64,000 bases of DNA. Source: Candidatus Eiseniibacteriota bacterium (GTDB taxonomy: Bacteria > Eisenbacteria > RBG-16-71-46 > CAZAMP01). The position numbers and the translations under genes are program-made. Below, piece by piece: positions 38,123 to 48,679 of this stretch; position 1 is the first letter of the stretch, and every line of letters begins with the position of its first letter. The notes beneath the pieces are model-generated. The model was not told the DNA's origin, did no database searches, and saw only the letters and a list, made by a program, of their open reading frames with translations. The stretch is from NCBI GenBank assembly GCA_965224245.1, contig OZ245046.1:1568001-1632000 (forward strand), written 5' to 3'.

Positions 38123-39102
38123 AAAAGCGTGCGTGGTGGATCTGGCTCCTCGTGAGCCTCGTTTGGGGGACGAGCGCGAGCGCGCAGTACGTGGTCGGCC
38201 CCGGTGACGTGCTCCAGGTGACCGTGTGGAAGGAGTCCTCACTGGATCGACAGGTTCGTGTGCGCGAGGACGGCTACTTCACGTTCCCGCCGGTCGGAGA
38301 CGTCGAGGCGGTCGGTCTGACCACCGAGAACCTGGCCAGCCGGCTGGAGGAGCAGCTGTTCACGTTCACGCGCTCGACGACGCGCGTCACGATCACCGTC
38401 GTGGAGTTCAACAGCAAGTACGTGATCCTGTCCGGGGCGGTGAACCAGCCCGGTCGCTACGCGTTCGAGATCATCCCGTCGCTCCCGCGCGTCATCGGTC
38501 TGGCCGGGGGCGCGACCCCGGGCGCCCGTCTCTCCGAGGTGAGCATCGTGCGCACGATCGGCGCGCGCGAGGAGGTGCTTCGCGTCAACCTGAGCCAGTT
38601 CCTGGAGAGCGGGAATCTGGAGCAGGTCCCCGAGCTGAAGCCCGGCGACGTGGTCAACGTCCCGGGATCGGTGGTCGGCGATCAGGCGCTGCAGCCCGGC
38701 GTGGCCGCGCCGGGACCGGGCACGATCTCCATTCTCGGCGCCGTGGGACGCCCGGGCACCTATCCGGTCGAGACGTCGTTCGCGCTTCCCGAGGTGCTGG
38801 GTCTCGCCGGGGGACTCCGTCCCGACGCCGACCTGCGCAAGATCAGCGTGCTCTCGCGCGAGCCGGACGGCTCGGAGTTCGTGGCCACGCTCGATCTCGA
38901 GGCCATCTTCTACGCCGGAGAGCCGGTCAGCTACCCGATCCGTCCCGGTGATGCGCTCTACATCCATGCGCGCGAGCCCAGCGTGCTCGGTCAGGTCGGG
39001 CGGGGCGTCCTCACCGCGATGTCGCTGTCGCGCGACATCCTGAACTTCGTACTGCTGTGGGACGTCCTGAAAGACGACAACTCCACGAACACGAGGAACT
39101 AG
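38119..39102 (+). CDS. Polysaccharide export protein (Wza/SLBB family)
   Basis: YVVGPGDVL.VTVW, V.EDG..TFP.VG.V.A.GLT, G.V..PG.Y, LKPGD. Confidence 0.88.
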   Translation: MKKRAWWIWLLVSLVWGTSASAQYVVGPGDVLQVTVWKESSLDRQVRVREDGYFTFPPVGDVEAVGLTTENLASRLEEQLFTFTRSTTRVTITVVEFNSKYVILSGAVNQPGRYAFEIIPSLPRVIGLAGGATPGARLSEVSIVRTIGAREEVLRVNLSQFLESGNLEQVPELKPGDVVNVPGSVVGDQALQPGVAAPGPGTISILGAVGRPGTYPVETSFALPEVLGLAGGLRPDADLRKISVLSREPDGSEFVATLDLEAIFYAGEPVSYPIRPGDALYIHAREPSVLGQVGRGVLTAMSLSRDILNFVLLWDVLKDDNSTNTRN

Positions 39103-39103
39103 C

Positions 39104-41380
39104 ATGTCGTTCTACGACCAGCGCAAGGTGGACCTTCGCGACTACCTGCGGATCGTCCTCAGGCGCGTCTGGCTGGTCATCATACCGATCGTCGTGGCCG
39201 TGTCGGCCGCGTTCGTGGCGACGATGCCGCGCTTCAAGAAGCCGGTCTACCGGGCCAGCGCGCGCCTCGAACTCGAGTTTCCGCAGCCGCTCTCGCGCGA
39301 GCTGCAGGGCATCGTCTCTCAGCCGGGGGCCCGCGAGCAGTTCGCGCGACTGACCAACCTGACCCAGAGCACGAGCTTCCTGGAGGACGTGATCCGGCAG
39401 ACGCGGCTGGCCGAGGATCCCGGAGCGCGCGAGTGGGCGCGCGAGCAACGGACGAAGTACCCGTCGCTCTCGGAGGAGGACCTGGTCGAGCTGTACCTGA
39501 TCCGCTATCTCAGGGACGCGATCTCGACGGGGTCGGGACGGCGTGACGACAACTCGTTCACGGTGACCGTGCTCGACTACTATCCCCGCCGTGCGCTCGA
39601 GCTGTGCAACGCCATCACCGACGGCGTGGTCAGCGCGTCGAAGAGCCAGCTGCTGGAGCAGATGAAGGCGACGCAGGACTTCGCCACCGAGCAGGTCGCC
39701 AACTACAAGCGCCAGCTCGAGGAGGCGGAGGCCGCCCTGCACGAGTACCAGAGCGGGGCCTATCTGGATGCGATCGAGGCCGGCCTGGTGAACGCCCGGA
39801 ATCACTCGCTGGCCGATCGCTTGCTGCGCAACGCCGGTGTTCAGGTGGACGAGGCGCGCGGGAAGCGGGACCGTCTGGCGTCCGAGGTCATCGATCTCGG
39901 AGAGGATGCCGAGCGGTGGCTCCGGCTCGCCCGGCCGTCCGACCTGGAGGCCGCCGTCCGGGAGCTCGCCGACCTCGTCACGTCGCTGACCCGGAGCGAG
40001 CTTCGGGATCTGGGGTCGGACGACATCGACGGGACCACGACCTCGCTCAGCGTCCAGCTGGCGAACAAGAACCGGGACGTGCGGGCGGCGTTTCAACGTC
40101 GCCTGGCCGGCGAGGGGCTGGCGCCCGACGCCGAGCGCCTCGTTCTCGATCTGATCATGGCCGACCTGGATCTCGAGAACGCACAGCAGCGGCGGAGCTT
40201 CATCGACCGCGAGATCCAGGACTATCGGCAGCGCGCGGCCCAGATCCCGTTGCTGGAGGCGAAGGCCCGACAGAAACAGCAAGAGGTCGACACGATTCGC
40301 GCGATGTTCGACACGTTCGTGCGCCAGGTCTACACGACGACCGTCTCGGTCGCGTTCGAGATGCAGAAGAGCGGCGGCAACCTTCAGGTCGCCGAGCCGG
40401 CCCAGCTGCCGCTGGATCCGGTGAACTCGAACCGACTGATCATGCTGATCGTCGCCGGCGTCGGTGGGCTCTGCATGGGCATCCTGCTCGTCTTCCTGGT
40501 CGAGCACCACGACACGACGGTTCGCGACGTGAGCGAGCTCCCCGAGCCGTTGCGCGAGCACATCATCGGAAGCATGCCGCTGATCAAGGATCGGCTGCGC
40601 AAGGAGCGCGAGTACAAGAAGGCGGGGCTCAAGGAGCGCGTCGTCCCGGTCTTCGACTACTACCGCGACGAGGCCGCCTCGTCCTTCGAGTTCCGCCGCC
40701 TGGTGCTGGAGCTGGCGGGATCCGAAGGGGTCGTGCCGAAGACGATCATGGTCACCAGCTCCGAGCGAGGCGAGGGGAAGACGACGACGACGTCGCTCCT
40801 GGCCCTCACGCTGGCCCGGCATCGCCGGCTGCGCACGGTGGTGGTGGACCTGGACTTCCGCCGGCCGACGCTGCACCGGCAGCTCGCGCTGGCGCAGCAT
40901 CAGCCGGGCTGTGCGGAGGCGCTGTCCGAACGCTCGCTGCCGTCGGAGTGGATCCTGGCCACCGCGGAGGGCAACCTGCACCTCCTGCCCGCGGGCAGCT
41001 TCAAGCGGATCTCCGCCGAGACGCTCACACCGGAGTCGGTGGGGTGGCTCGTCGACGAGCTGAAGGCGCGCTTCGACGTGGTCCTACTGGACACGCCGCC
41101 GAACCTGGCGGTCCCCGACCCGCTGGTGGTGGGCAAGGTGACCGACGCCGTCATCTTCGTGGTCAAGGCGGGGGCGACGTCCCAGCGCGTGGTCACGCGT
41201 GGCTTCGATCTCCAGCGTCGCGCCAACGACAACGTGGTGGGCGTGTTCCTGAACAACATCCGGAACATCATGCCGTACTACTACAGCTACGACTACTACG
41301 GCTACACGGCGGAGGACGACACACCCCAGGTGACCGGAGACGGACCGAAGGCCGTGCCGACGGGAACCAACGCGACATGA
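39104..41380 (+). CDS. Wzc-like polysaccharide co-polymerase / tyrosine autokinase
   Basis: DLRDYLRI, two TMs, TS...GEGKTT, DLDFRRP, LDTPP, C-terminal YYYSYDYYGY. Confidence 0.92.
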   Translation: MSFYDQRKVDLRDYLRIVLRRVWLVIIPIVVAVSAAFVATMPRFKKPVYRASARLELEFPQPLSRELQGIVSQPGAREQFARLTNLTQSTSFLEDVIRQTRLAEDPGAREWAREQRTKYPSLSEEDLVELYLIRYLRDAISTGSGRRDDNSFTVTVLDYYPRRALELCNAITDGVVSASKSQLLEQMKATQDFATEQVANYKRQLEEAEAALHEYQSGAYLDAIEAGLVNARNHSLADRLLRNAGVQVDEARGKRDRLASEVIDLGEDAERWLRLARPSDLEAAVRELADLVTSLTRSELRDLGSDDIDGTTTSLSVQLANKNRDVRAAFQRRLAGEGLAPDAERLVLDLIMADLDLENAQQRRSFIDREIQDYRQRAAQIPLLEAKARQKQQEVDTIRAMFDTFVRQVYTTTVSVAFEMQKSGGNLQVAEPAQLPLDPVNSNRLIMLIVAGVGGLCMGILLVFLVEHHDTTVRDVSELPEPLREHIIGSMPLIKDRLRKEREYKKAGLKERVVPVFDYYRDEAASSFEFRRLVLELAGSEGVVPKTIMVTSSERGEGKTTTTSLLALTLARHRRLRTVVVDLDFRRPTLHRQLALAQHQPGCAEALSERSLPSEWILATAEGNLHLLPAGSFKRISAETLTPESVGWLVDELKARFDVVLLDTPPNLAVPDPLVVGKVTDAVIFVVKAGATSQRVVTRGFDLQRRANDNVVGVFLNNIRNIMPYYYSYDYYGYTAEDDTPQVTGDGPKAVPTGTNAT

Positions 41381-42246
41381 CCGTCCACGACGCACCACGA
41401 CCCGTCGACGCGTCGTTCGCCCGGCCTGCGACACGAACCCTCGTTCAGGGGGCCGTGCTGCTGGTGCTGATGGTGGCGATCTACCGCACGACGTTCGTGA
41501 CGCTGTGGAACGTCTGGATGGACAACCCCAACTACTCGCACGGCGTCCTGATGCCGCTGGTGTCGGGGTTTCTGGTCTGGCTCCGACGCCACGAGCTCAT
41601 GCGCCTGCCGTCGTCGCCGTCGTCGTGGGGGCTCGTGGTCATCGTGGCCGCGCTCGGGCTGCAGCTCGCGGGTCTCCGGGGCGACGTGCTGATCTTCCAG
41701 GGCGACTCGTTCGTGCTTCTGCTCGGTGGGCTCGTCCTCCACTTCGGCGGGTGGGCGTGGGCGCGCGTGTTTGCCTTTCCCGTCGGGTATCTCCTGTTCA
41801 TGGTCCCGTTTCTCCCGATCTTCGAGACGCAGGTCAGCTTCCGCCTGAGGCAGCTCGCCGCGTCCGGCGCGATCCGGATCAGCGACGCGCTCGGGGTGCT
41901 TGTACACAAGCCGGGCGCCGGGACGATCCTCTACCTGCAGGACGGGGGACAGCTGGAGGTCGCCAACGCGTGCAGCGGCATGCAATCGCTGATCTCGCTC
42001 CTGGCCCTGGGAGCCCTCTTCGCGTACTTCGCCAGGGTGGGCCCGGTTCGCCGGATGCTCCTGTTCCTGGCGTCGGTCCCGATCGCGCTGGGTGTGAACG
42101 TCCTCCGGATCACGTCGCTGTGCGTGGTGGGGACGGCGGCCGGCGTCGAGACGGCGACCGGTCTCTTCCACGACGTGATCGGGTTCGTGCTGTTCGGAAT
42201 CGCGTTCGTCACGCTCCTCATGGTCAGGAGGGTGCTGCGATGCTGA
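41377..42246 (+). CDS. Exosortase (EpsH family)
   Basis: YSHG.LMP, LEVANACSG, NVLRI, FHD (Cys/Arg/His triad). Confidence 0.92.
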   Translation: MTVHDAPRPVDASFARPATRTLVQGAVLLVLMVAIYRTTFVTLWNVWMDNPNYSHGVLMPLVSGFLVWLRRHELMRLPSSPSSWGLVVIVAALGLQLAGLRGDVLIFQGDSFVLLLGGLVLHFGGWAWARVFAFPVGYLLFMVPFLPIFETQVSFRLRQLAASGAIRISDALGVLVHKPGAGTILYLQDGGQLEVANACSGMQSLISLLALGALFAYFARVGPVRRMLLFLASVPIALGVNVLRITSLCVVGTAAGVETATGLFHDVIGFVLFGIAFVTLLMVRRVLRC

Positions 42247-42908
42247 GGGGTAGCTTTCTCGCGGTGGCCGCGCTGTTCGTCCTGACCGCCGCCGCCGTGA
42301 ACCTCACGCGGCCACGCGCACTCGGCCGGAGCGACCTCGCGTCGTGCCCGACGTCCATCGCCGGCTTCACCGGTCGCGACACCGAGATACGCCAGGCCGT
42401 TCTGGAAGAGCTCGATCCCACCGAGATGATCGTTCGCGAGTACACCGGTGACCACCTATACGACACCGTGTGGCTGGTGATCGAGTACTTCGAGAACGCG
42501 CGCTACGGCGCGCACGATCCCGAGGTTTGCTACATCTCCCAGGGATGGGAGATTCTCGACGAGCCGTCGATGATGCTGTCGCGTCCCGACGGAATCGCCC
42601 CGCTGGAAGCCCGGGTCTTCCGGGTACGGCGGCCGGGCGGCGACCGTCTCGTGGCCTACTGGTGGTTCATCGACGGCGACCAGGCCATGACGGACCAGAG
42701 GCGTTTTCTCGACACCATGGCGATCCAGGGGATCCTGAAAGGATCCAGCTACGGCACCTTCGTGCGCGTGTCGACGCGCGCCTGGCCCGGTGACGACGAG
42801 GCCCGCTTGCGGCTCGGGACGTTCGCACAGGAGGTACTGGACGTGCTCCCGTCTCTGTACGACGACGTCGGCGCGCAGACGCCCGAAGGGGAGGATCCCA
42901 GAGGATGA
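42240..42908 (+). CDS. EpsI family exosortase-associated protein
   Basis: HDPEVCY.SQGW, VAYWW, FVRVS. Confidence 0.85.
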   Translation: MLRGSFLAVAALFVLTAAAVNLTRPRALGRSDLASCPTSIAGFTGRDTEIRQAVLEELDPTEMIVREYTGDHLYDTVWLVIEYFENARYGAHDPEVCYISQGWEILDEPSMMLSRPDGIAPLEARVFRVRRPGGDRLVAYWWFIDGDQAMTDQRRFLDTMAIQGILKGSSYGTFVRVSTRAWPGDDEARLRLGTFAQEVLDVLPSLYDDVGAQTPEGEDPRG

Positions 42909-43723
42909 TGAACCAGCTCAATCTCGCGTTGCTGGCGCTGCTGGAGGGCGTGAAGAGCTTCTTCGAGATGCGGCTGTGGGGCCCCCTGGTGCTCCTCGTG
43001 GCGGCCCAGCTGGTGCTGGTGCTCGCCCTGGTGAGCTGGCACCAGCCCGGGCTGGTGACCGTCATGGCGCCGTTGATCCGGGCGATGACGGGGGAGGTCG
43101 GCCTGCACTATCCGCAGTTCTATCTGGCGCTCTCGTCGATCTTCTCGCTGACCAGCCCGGTGGTGAACTTCTTCCTGGGCGCGTACCTGTGGGGCGTGGC
43201 GGTGGTGCTGGTGGCGAATCACTTCGAGAGCACCGGGCAACGGCCGTGGGGGCTGGCGCGGGCGCGCTACGGGCATCTCCTAGTGGCCGAGGTGCCCGCG
43301 ATCGTGCTCCTGACCGTGTTCTACGCCGCGTCGCGCAGCCTGTTGGGGATGGATCTCGGGGGGAACAAGCTCCGTGCGGTGCTGTACGGGCTGCCGATGG
43401 TGTTCGTGTTCTTCCAGTCGGCGTTCCTGATGGCGCCGATGTACGTGCTGTTCGACCGTCTGGACGGCGCGAGGGCCCTCGGACGGAGCATCGCGTTCTG
43501 GCGGCGCAACATCCCGGCGCTGTTCATCATCATGATCGTGCCGCAGGCGCTGCACTTCCCGTCGCAGTGGGTGTTTCGCCACAACGTCAGCGTGGTCTCG
43601 CGGTTCTCGCCCGAGACGCTCGGGTTCGTGCTGGCCGGTGACGTCGTCTTCTATCTGTTCACGTACTTCCTGCTCGTGGTGGCAGCCACGGTGACGTACT
43701 TCGCCAGACGGAGGGCCGTGTGA
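42905..43723 (+). CDS. Hypothetical polytopic membrane protein
   Basis: About 6 hydrophobic segments; overlaps both neighbours by 4 nt. Confidence 0.75.
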   Translation: MMNQLNLALLALLEGVKSFFEMRLWGPLVLLVAAQLVLVLALVSWHQPGLVTVMAPLIRAMTGEVGLHYPQFYLALSSIFSLTSPVVNFFLGAYLWGVAVVLVANHFESTGQRPWGLARARYGHLLVAEVPAIVLLTVFYAASRSLLGMDLGGNKLRAVLYGLPMVFVFFQSAFLMAPMYVLFDRLDGARALGRSIAFWRRNIPALFIIMIVPQALHFPSQWVFRHNVSVVSRFSPETLGFVLAGDVVFYLFTYFLLVVAATVTYFARRRAV

Positions 43724-45216
43724 ACGCCAGACCCACGCTCCTCGCGGCGCTCTCGATCCTCGTGCTCGGCTGTGGAGACGACGATCTGGGGCTTCGGTAT
43801 CGGGCCGAGCGCGACCTCTACGGAGCGCGACGCGAGATCCGCCGCCTCACGAGCAACCCCGACGCCGCCGGCGCGATGCAGCAGCTGGCGATCGCGGACA
43901 ACTTCGTCCGTGTCGGTAATCGGTATCGAGACGTCGGCAGGGACGATCCGAGCCCGAGCGAGGCCACGCGATCGACGCGACGCATCGCCGCCAACGCATT
44001 GCTCCTGGCCACCGAGCACTACGCGGCCGCCGGCGAGCTCGATCGGGCGATGGAGATCGTCCTGGACGTCAGGACGTCGTGGCAAGACGACCCGTCGATC
44101 GCGATGGCGGCCCAGACTCAGCTCGTCGAGTTCCTGCAGCGCAACGGGGATCCCGACGAGGTGCTGGCCGCGCTGTGGGATCTGGCCGCGTACCCGCCGG
44201 TGAGCCCGGAAGGCGCGGTTCGACATCCCGTCTTCAACGCCCCGATGGTCGCGGTGCGGGTGGCCGGCGCCGACGGATCCCGCGCACCGGTGGCCGAGGT
44301 GCGCGCGCGCGCGATCGGCTTCTACGAGGACATCCACGGGTCCTGGACCCGTCGTACGCCGGCGCTCCTGGCCGACCTCCATCGTTCGACGCTCCTGGAA
44401 GGGCGCGGCGAGTGGCGCGCGGCCGGACGGCTCCTGGAGAACGCGCTCGAAGCGTATCCGGACTCGGTGCTCGCGGCGCAGGACGCCGCGTCGATCGCGT
44501 TCCGGACCGCGCGCATCTATCTGCGGGATCGGCGCGATCCGGAGGCGGCCACGCGGATGTTGAACCGGACCCGTGCGATCGATCCCGAGAGCGGTGCGGC
44601 CGGAGATGCGACGATGGGACTGGCGGCGCTGGCCTACGAGACGGGCGATCCCGCCCGGGCCATCGCGCTCTATCGAGAGGTCGTGGAGTCACGACGCTTC
44701 GACAAGGAGCGGGCCCCGGTCGCGCAGTTCAGCCTGGCGCGCGTTCTCCAGGCCGAGGGGCGCTGGGAAGAGGCGCTGACGGCGTATCAGGCCTGCCGGG
44801 CGTCGTACCCGAAGACTCCCGAGGGGCTCGAGGTGCCGTTCGTGATCGCCGCGCACCACGTGACGCTCGGAGAGCCGGAGACCGCCCGCGCCGAGCTGGC
44901 CCGGGCGTCGATCGAGTTCCGCAACGTGATCGACACGTTTCCGGGCACCGTGGAGGCCTTCACGGCTTACCGCTACCTGACGCGGGCCTTGCTCGAGCAG
45001 GAGGACTGGTCGGGAGCCGTCCTGACGATGCGCGAGTTCGCCGAGGCGTTTCCGAACCGGGAGGAGGCGCCGGTCGCATTGCTGGAGGCGGCGTCGGTGA
45101 CCCGCTCGAACCTCGAGGACGCCACGGGGAGCGACGCGATCCTCGGCTTGATCGAGGAGCGCTATCCGAACACGCGGTTCGCCGCCGAGGCGCGACGACT
45201 TCGCGAGCAGGGCTGA
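43720..45216 (+). CDS. TPR lipoprotein (PrsT-like position)
   Basis: Lipobox VLGC; repeated TPR helices ending YP/FP. Confidence 0.8.
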   Translation: MNARPTLLAALSILVLGCGDDDLGLRYRAERDLYGARREIRRLTSNPDAAGAMQQLAIADNFVRVGNRYRDVGRDDPSPSEATRSTRRIAANALLLATEHYAAAGELDRAMEIVLDVRTSWQDDPSIAMAAQTQLVEFLQRNGDPDEVLAALWDLAAYPPVSPEGAVRHPVFNAPMVAVRVAGADGSRAPVAEVRARAIGFYEDIHGSWTRRTPALLADLHRSTLLEGRGEWRAAGRLLENALEAYPDSVLAAQDAASIAFRTARIYLRDRRDPEAATRMLNRTRAIDPESGAAGDATMGLAALAYETGDPARAIALYREVVESRRFDKERAPVAQFSLARVLQAEGRWEEALTAYQACRASYPKTPEGLEVPFVIAAHHVTLGEPETARAELARASIEFRNVIDTFPGTVEAFTAYRYLTRALLEQEDWSGAVLTMREFAEAFPNREEAPVALLEAASVTRSNLEDATGSDAILGLIEERYPNTRFAAEARRLREQG

Positions 45217-45291
45217 GCCGCCCGGTTGAACCCGCCGCCGCGCGGCGAGCGTCCTGCCGACGCTCGTGGCCGGTGGCACGGAGTGAGTGGG

Positions 45292-47430
45292 ATGGGTGAT
45301 CAGGCACCACAGCTGTTGATCAGCATCGGGGGCAGCGTCGTGGCCATGGGCGTCCTCGCCTGGAAGACACGACGGCGTCCCGAGCGTGCGCTGATCCTGG
45401 CCAGCATGGCGACGTACGTTCTGGTGCTCGTCACGCTGCTCCGGGTCGCGGTGGGAGGGCCGGACGAGACGCGCGACGCCACTCGCGGGCTGTTCCTCCT
45501 GTGCGCACTGGGAGCGATCCCCTGGATGGCGCTGGCGAGCGTGATCCAGTCCGGTCGCTCGTGGCCGGCGCTGCGCGGTCAGGGGGCGTTCGTGGCGGCG
45601 ATGTCGGCGGTGGGAATCGCGCTGGCCACCCTGTGGCGGTCGGATCTCGTGTTCACCGACATCGTGCGCGCCGACGGCCACACGTCGATCCTGCTGGGGA
45701 TCGGCGGCCGACTCGTGATCGTGTACCTGACCGCCGTGGCCGCATACGTTCTCACGCAGGTCGAGATGCTGCTCCGGGCGTCGCTACGAATCGACGACCG
45801 CGGGCCACGGCTTGGGGTGACGCTGGCTGGACTGACGATCATGGTCTACGTGTACGTCAGCACCGAGGCATTCCTGTTCGGTCGACTCTGGGTTCCGAGC
45901 CTGATCACCGCCACCGTACCTGCGACGGTCACCTGGATCGTGGGCGCCGCCATCGGACTGCGTCGCTCCCTGGACGACATGCGGGTGCCGCTGGGACGCG
46001 GGGTCGTGTACTCCTCGTTCACGCTGTTCGTGCTCGGGCTCATGATGATCTTCCTCGGTCTCTTCGCCCGTGCGGCCGAGGCGGCCGGGCTGGGGGTGGG
46101 ACGCACGTTCGCGGCGGTGGTGGCGACGATCGGCGTCGTCACCGCGATCGCGTTGTGGATCTCACCGGCCTGGAAGCGCCGCGTCGCGATGTTCATCGAT
46201 GAGAACTTCTACGCGAACCGACACGACTATCGCCGCGAGTGGCAACGTGTTGCCCGGTCGGTTCGTCCGACTCCGGATCGGCGATACATGGTCGAGGAGA
46301 TCGGCGGCACGGTCTCGGAGATCTTCGACACCGGTGGCGTCTACGTGGCCATCCTGAACCGGACCGTCCAGCGCCACCACGTCCACGACGCGTCGGGAGC
46401 GCTGGTCCCCGGGTTCACGATCGCGGCCGACGGGGAGCTGGCCGACCTCCTCTTGGAGCGGCGCGACGTCCTCGTCATCTCCGAGCGCACGAGCGACCTG
46501 GATCTCATCGCTCCCCTGATGGAGAACGACGCCGATCTGTCCCGGACCGGGATCGAGGTCATCGTCCCGATGATCTCGGGAGACACGCTGTGCGGCATGC
46601 TGCTCTTGACCGCGGCGAAGTCCGGCGCGCCGTACTCTCCGGAAGACCTGAGCCTGATGTCCGTGATCGGCGCCGAGCTGGCCAACACCGTCCACGGTCA
46701 CCTGCTGCTTCGCGAGGTCGAGGAGCGTCGCGACGGAGAGACGTTGATGAAGCTCTCGGCCTTCGTGCTCCACGACCTGAAGAACTGCGTCACCGCGATC
46801 CGCGGGCTGGGTGAGTCCGCCGAGGAACATCTGGACGATCCCGAGTTCCGGCGCGATCTGGTCGCATCCCTGGCGGCGACCGGAGACCGGATGGGCGCGC
46901 TGATGGACCGCCTGGGCCAGGTGCGGTCCGCGTCGCGACCGTGGCCGTCGCGGAAGACCGACTCGATCGTGCTCGACGACGTGGTCTCGCAGGCGATGGA
47001 GGAGGCCGCGGACGCGCTGGCCGAGACGAGCGTGGTGCACCACGTGGATCGCGCGTGGCGCGTGAACGGCGATCGCGAGCAGCTCGTCCAGGTGTTCGTG
47101 AACCTCGTGCGAAACGCCTCCGACGCGATGCGGGGCACGGATCGGCGCCTGCGACTCGTCTCGCGCGCCGTCGACGACGGCATGGTCGCCGTAGACGTCA
47201 TCGACACCGGATGCGGGATGACGGACGAGTTCATCGCCGAGTCGCTCTTCCGGCCCTTCGCCACCACGAAGTCCCGGGGGCTGGGGATCGGGCTCTACCA
47301 GTGCAAGAACATCGTGGACGATCACGGGGGACGCATTCAGGTCCGGAGCGAGGCGGGCTCGGGGACCTGCGTGTCGGTACACCTGCCGGCGGTGCGCGAA
47401 GGGAGGCTCGCGTGCGAAACCGTCTCCTAG
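45292..47430 (+). CDS. PrsK-like membrane sensor histidine kinase
   Basis: Multi-TM N-terminus, FY.NRHDYRREW, GAF-like region, AFVLHDLKN, NL.RNA, DTGCGM..EFI...LFRPF.TTK, GLGIGLYQ. Confidence 0.88.
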   Translation: MGDQAPQLLISIGGSVVAMGVLAWKTRRRPERALILASMATYVLVLVTLLRVAVGGPDETRDATRGLFLLCALGAIPWMALASVIQSGRSWPALRGQGAFVAAMSAVGIALATLWRSDLVFTDIVRADGHTSILLGIGGRLVIVYLTAVAAYVLTQVEMLLRASLRIDDRGPRLGVTLAGLTIMVYVYVSTEAFLFGRLWVPSLITATVPATVTWIVGAAIGLRRSLDDMRVPLGRGVVYSSFTLFVLGLMMIFLGLFARAAEAAGLGVGRTFAAVVATIGVVTAIALWISPAWKRRVAMFIDENFYANRHDYRREWQRVARSVRPTPDRRYMVEEIGGTVSEIFDTGGVYVAILNRTVQRHHVHDASGALVPGFTIAADGELADLLLERRDVLVISERTSDLDLIAPLMENDADLSRTGIEVIVPMISGDTLCGMLLLTAAKSGAPYSPEDLSLMSVIGAELANTVHGHLLLREVEERRDGETLMKLSAFVLHDLKNCVTAIRGLGESAEEHLDDPEFRRDLVASLAATGDRMGALMDRLGQVRSASRPWPSRKTDSIVLDDVVSQAMEEAADALAETSVVHHVDRAWRVNGDREQLVQVFVNLVRNASDAMRGTDRRLRLVSRAVDDGMVAVDVIDTGCGMTDEFIAESLFRPFATTKSRGLGIGLYQCKNIVDDHGGRIQVRSEAGSGTCVSVHLPAVREGRLACETVS

Positions 47431-48671
47431 TCGTCGACGACGACCTGGCCGTGCGCAAGCAGCTTCGCTGGGGGCTCGCCTCGGCATTCGACGTGACCGA
47501 GGCGGCGACGGCCGATGAAGCGATGACCGCGTTCCGGGAGGTCGGCCCGGCCGTGGTGACGCTGGACGTGTGCCTGGACGAGGCCCCGGGCACCCCCGAC
47601 GGCATGTCGCTCCTGCGCGAGATGCTGCGCCTCGATCCCTCGGTGAAGGTGGTCATGGTCACCGCCGACGGCGACGAGCACAACGCGACGCGCGCCCTCG
47701 AGATCGGGGCGTGGGACTACTACGTGAAGCCGATCGAGACGAAGGAGCTGTCGGTCATCGCGCTTCGCGCCGCACACATCCGGCGTCTCCAGGGCGTCCG
47801 CGGCCCCCGGACCGAGTACGCGATCGATCCCCTCGACTTTTCCACGTGGCTGGGCGACTCCACCGTGGCGCGGCGTGTCCAGGCACTCCTCACGTCGCTG
47901 GCGCCGCTCTCGACGCCGGTGATGCTCCTCGGGGAGCCGGGCACCGGTCGGGACCTGGCGGCGCAGGCGTTGGCCGCGCTGAGCGGCGACGCGAGCCCGA
48001 TGATGGTGGAGGGCCGATCGGCCACGCTCGAACGGCGCTCTCCGGATGCGACGCGGCCGCTGTACGTCGACGGCGTACACGAGCTCTCGGCCGCGGATCA
48101 GACGCGACTGGCCGAGTGGATGCAACGGGGCGAGATCGGGCGCCTGATCGTGTCGGCCTTCACCGACGTGGGACACCTGGCCGCACGGGGTCGGCTGGAC
48201 CGGGGTCTCTTCCACGAGCTGGCGACCGCGACCATCGTGTTGCCGCCGCTGAGGGAGCGACCGGACGACGTGGGCACGATCGCCGACCGGCTGGTCTCGA
48301 CCTATGCGCGCCGATTCCGGGACGGCACCGCCGAGCTGTCGCCCGAGGCGCGGGTGGCCCTGATCCGCCACCGCTGGCCCGGCAATCTCCGTGAGCTGGA
48401 GCGCCGCCTCCTGGGAGCGGTTCTGACATCCAGGTCCGATCTCATCCAGGAGGAGGATCTCTGGCCCTCCGAACGACCGACCTCGTCCGGATCGCTCAAG
48501 GCCAACATCTCCGAGCTCGAGCGAACCCTGGTCGAGCAGGCCCTGATCGACTCGAACGGAAACGTCTCGCAGGCCGCCCGGGAGCTGGACGTGAGTCGGC
48601 CGACCTTGCACGCGCTTCTGCGCAAGCACGGGATCGATCCCAAGCCGTACCGCGAAGCGGCGGGGGCCTGA
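47412..48671 (+). CDS. PrsR-like response regulator with degenerate AAA+ domain and Fis HTH
   Basis: LLVVDDD..VRKQLRW, VVTLD, GAWDYYVKP; GEPGTGR; PPLRER, WPGNLREL, GNVSQAAREL.VSRPTL. Confidence 0.88.
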   Translation: MRNRLLVVDDDLAVRKQLRWGLASAFDVTEAATADEAMTAFREVGPAVVTLDVCLDEAPGTPDGMSLLREMLRLDPSVKVVMVTADGDEHNATRALEIGAWDYYVKPIETKELSVIALRAAHIRRLQGVRGPRTEYAIDPLDFSTWLGDSTVARRVQALLTSLAPLSTPVMLLGEPGTGRDLAAQALAALSGDASPMMVEGRSATLERRSPDATRPLYVDGVHELSAADQTRLAEWMQRGEIGRLIVSAFTDVGHLAARGRLDRGLFHELATATIVLPPLRERPDDVGTIADRLVSTYARRFRDGTAELSPEARVALIRHRWPGNLRELERRLLGAVLTSRSDLIQEEDLWPSERPTSSGSLKANISELERTLVEQALIDSNGNVSQAARELDVSRPTLHALLRKHGIDPKPYREAAGA

Positions 48672-48679
48672 GGAGCAAC

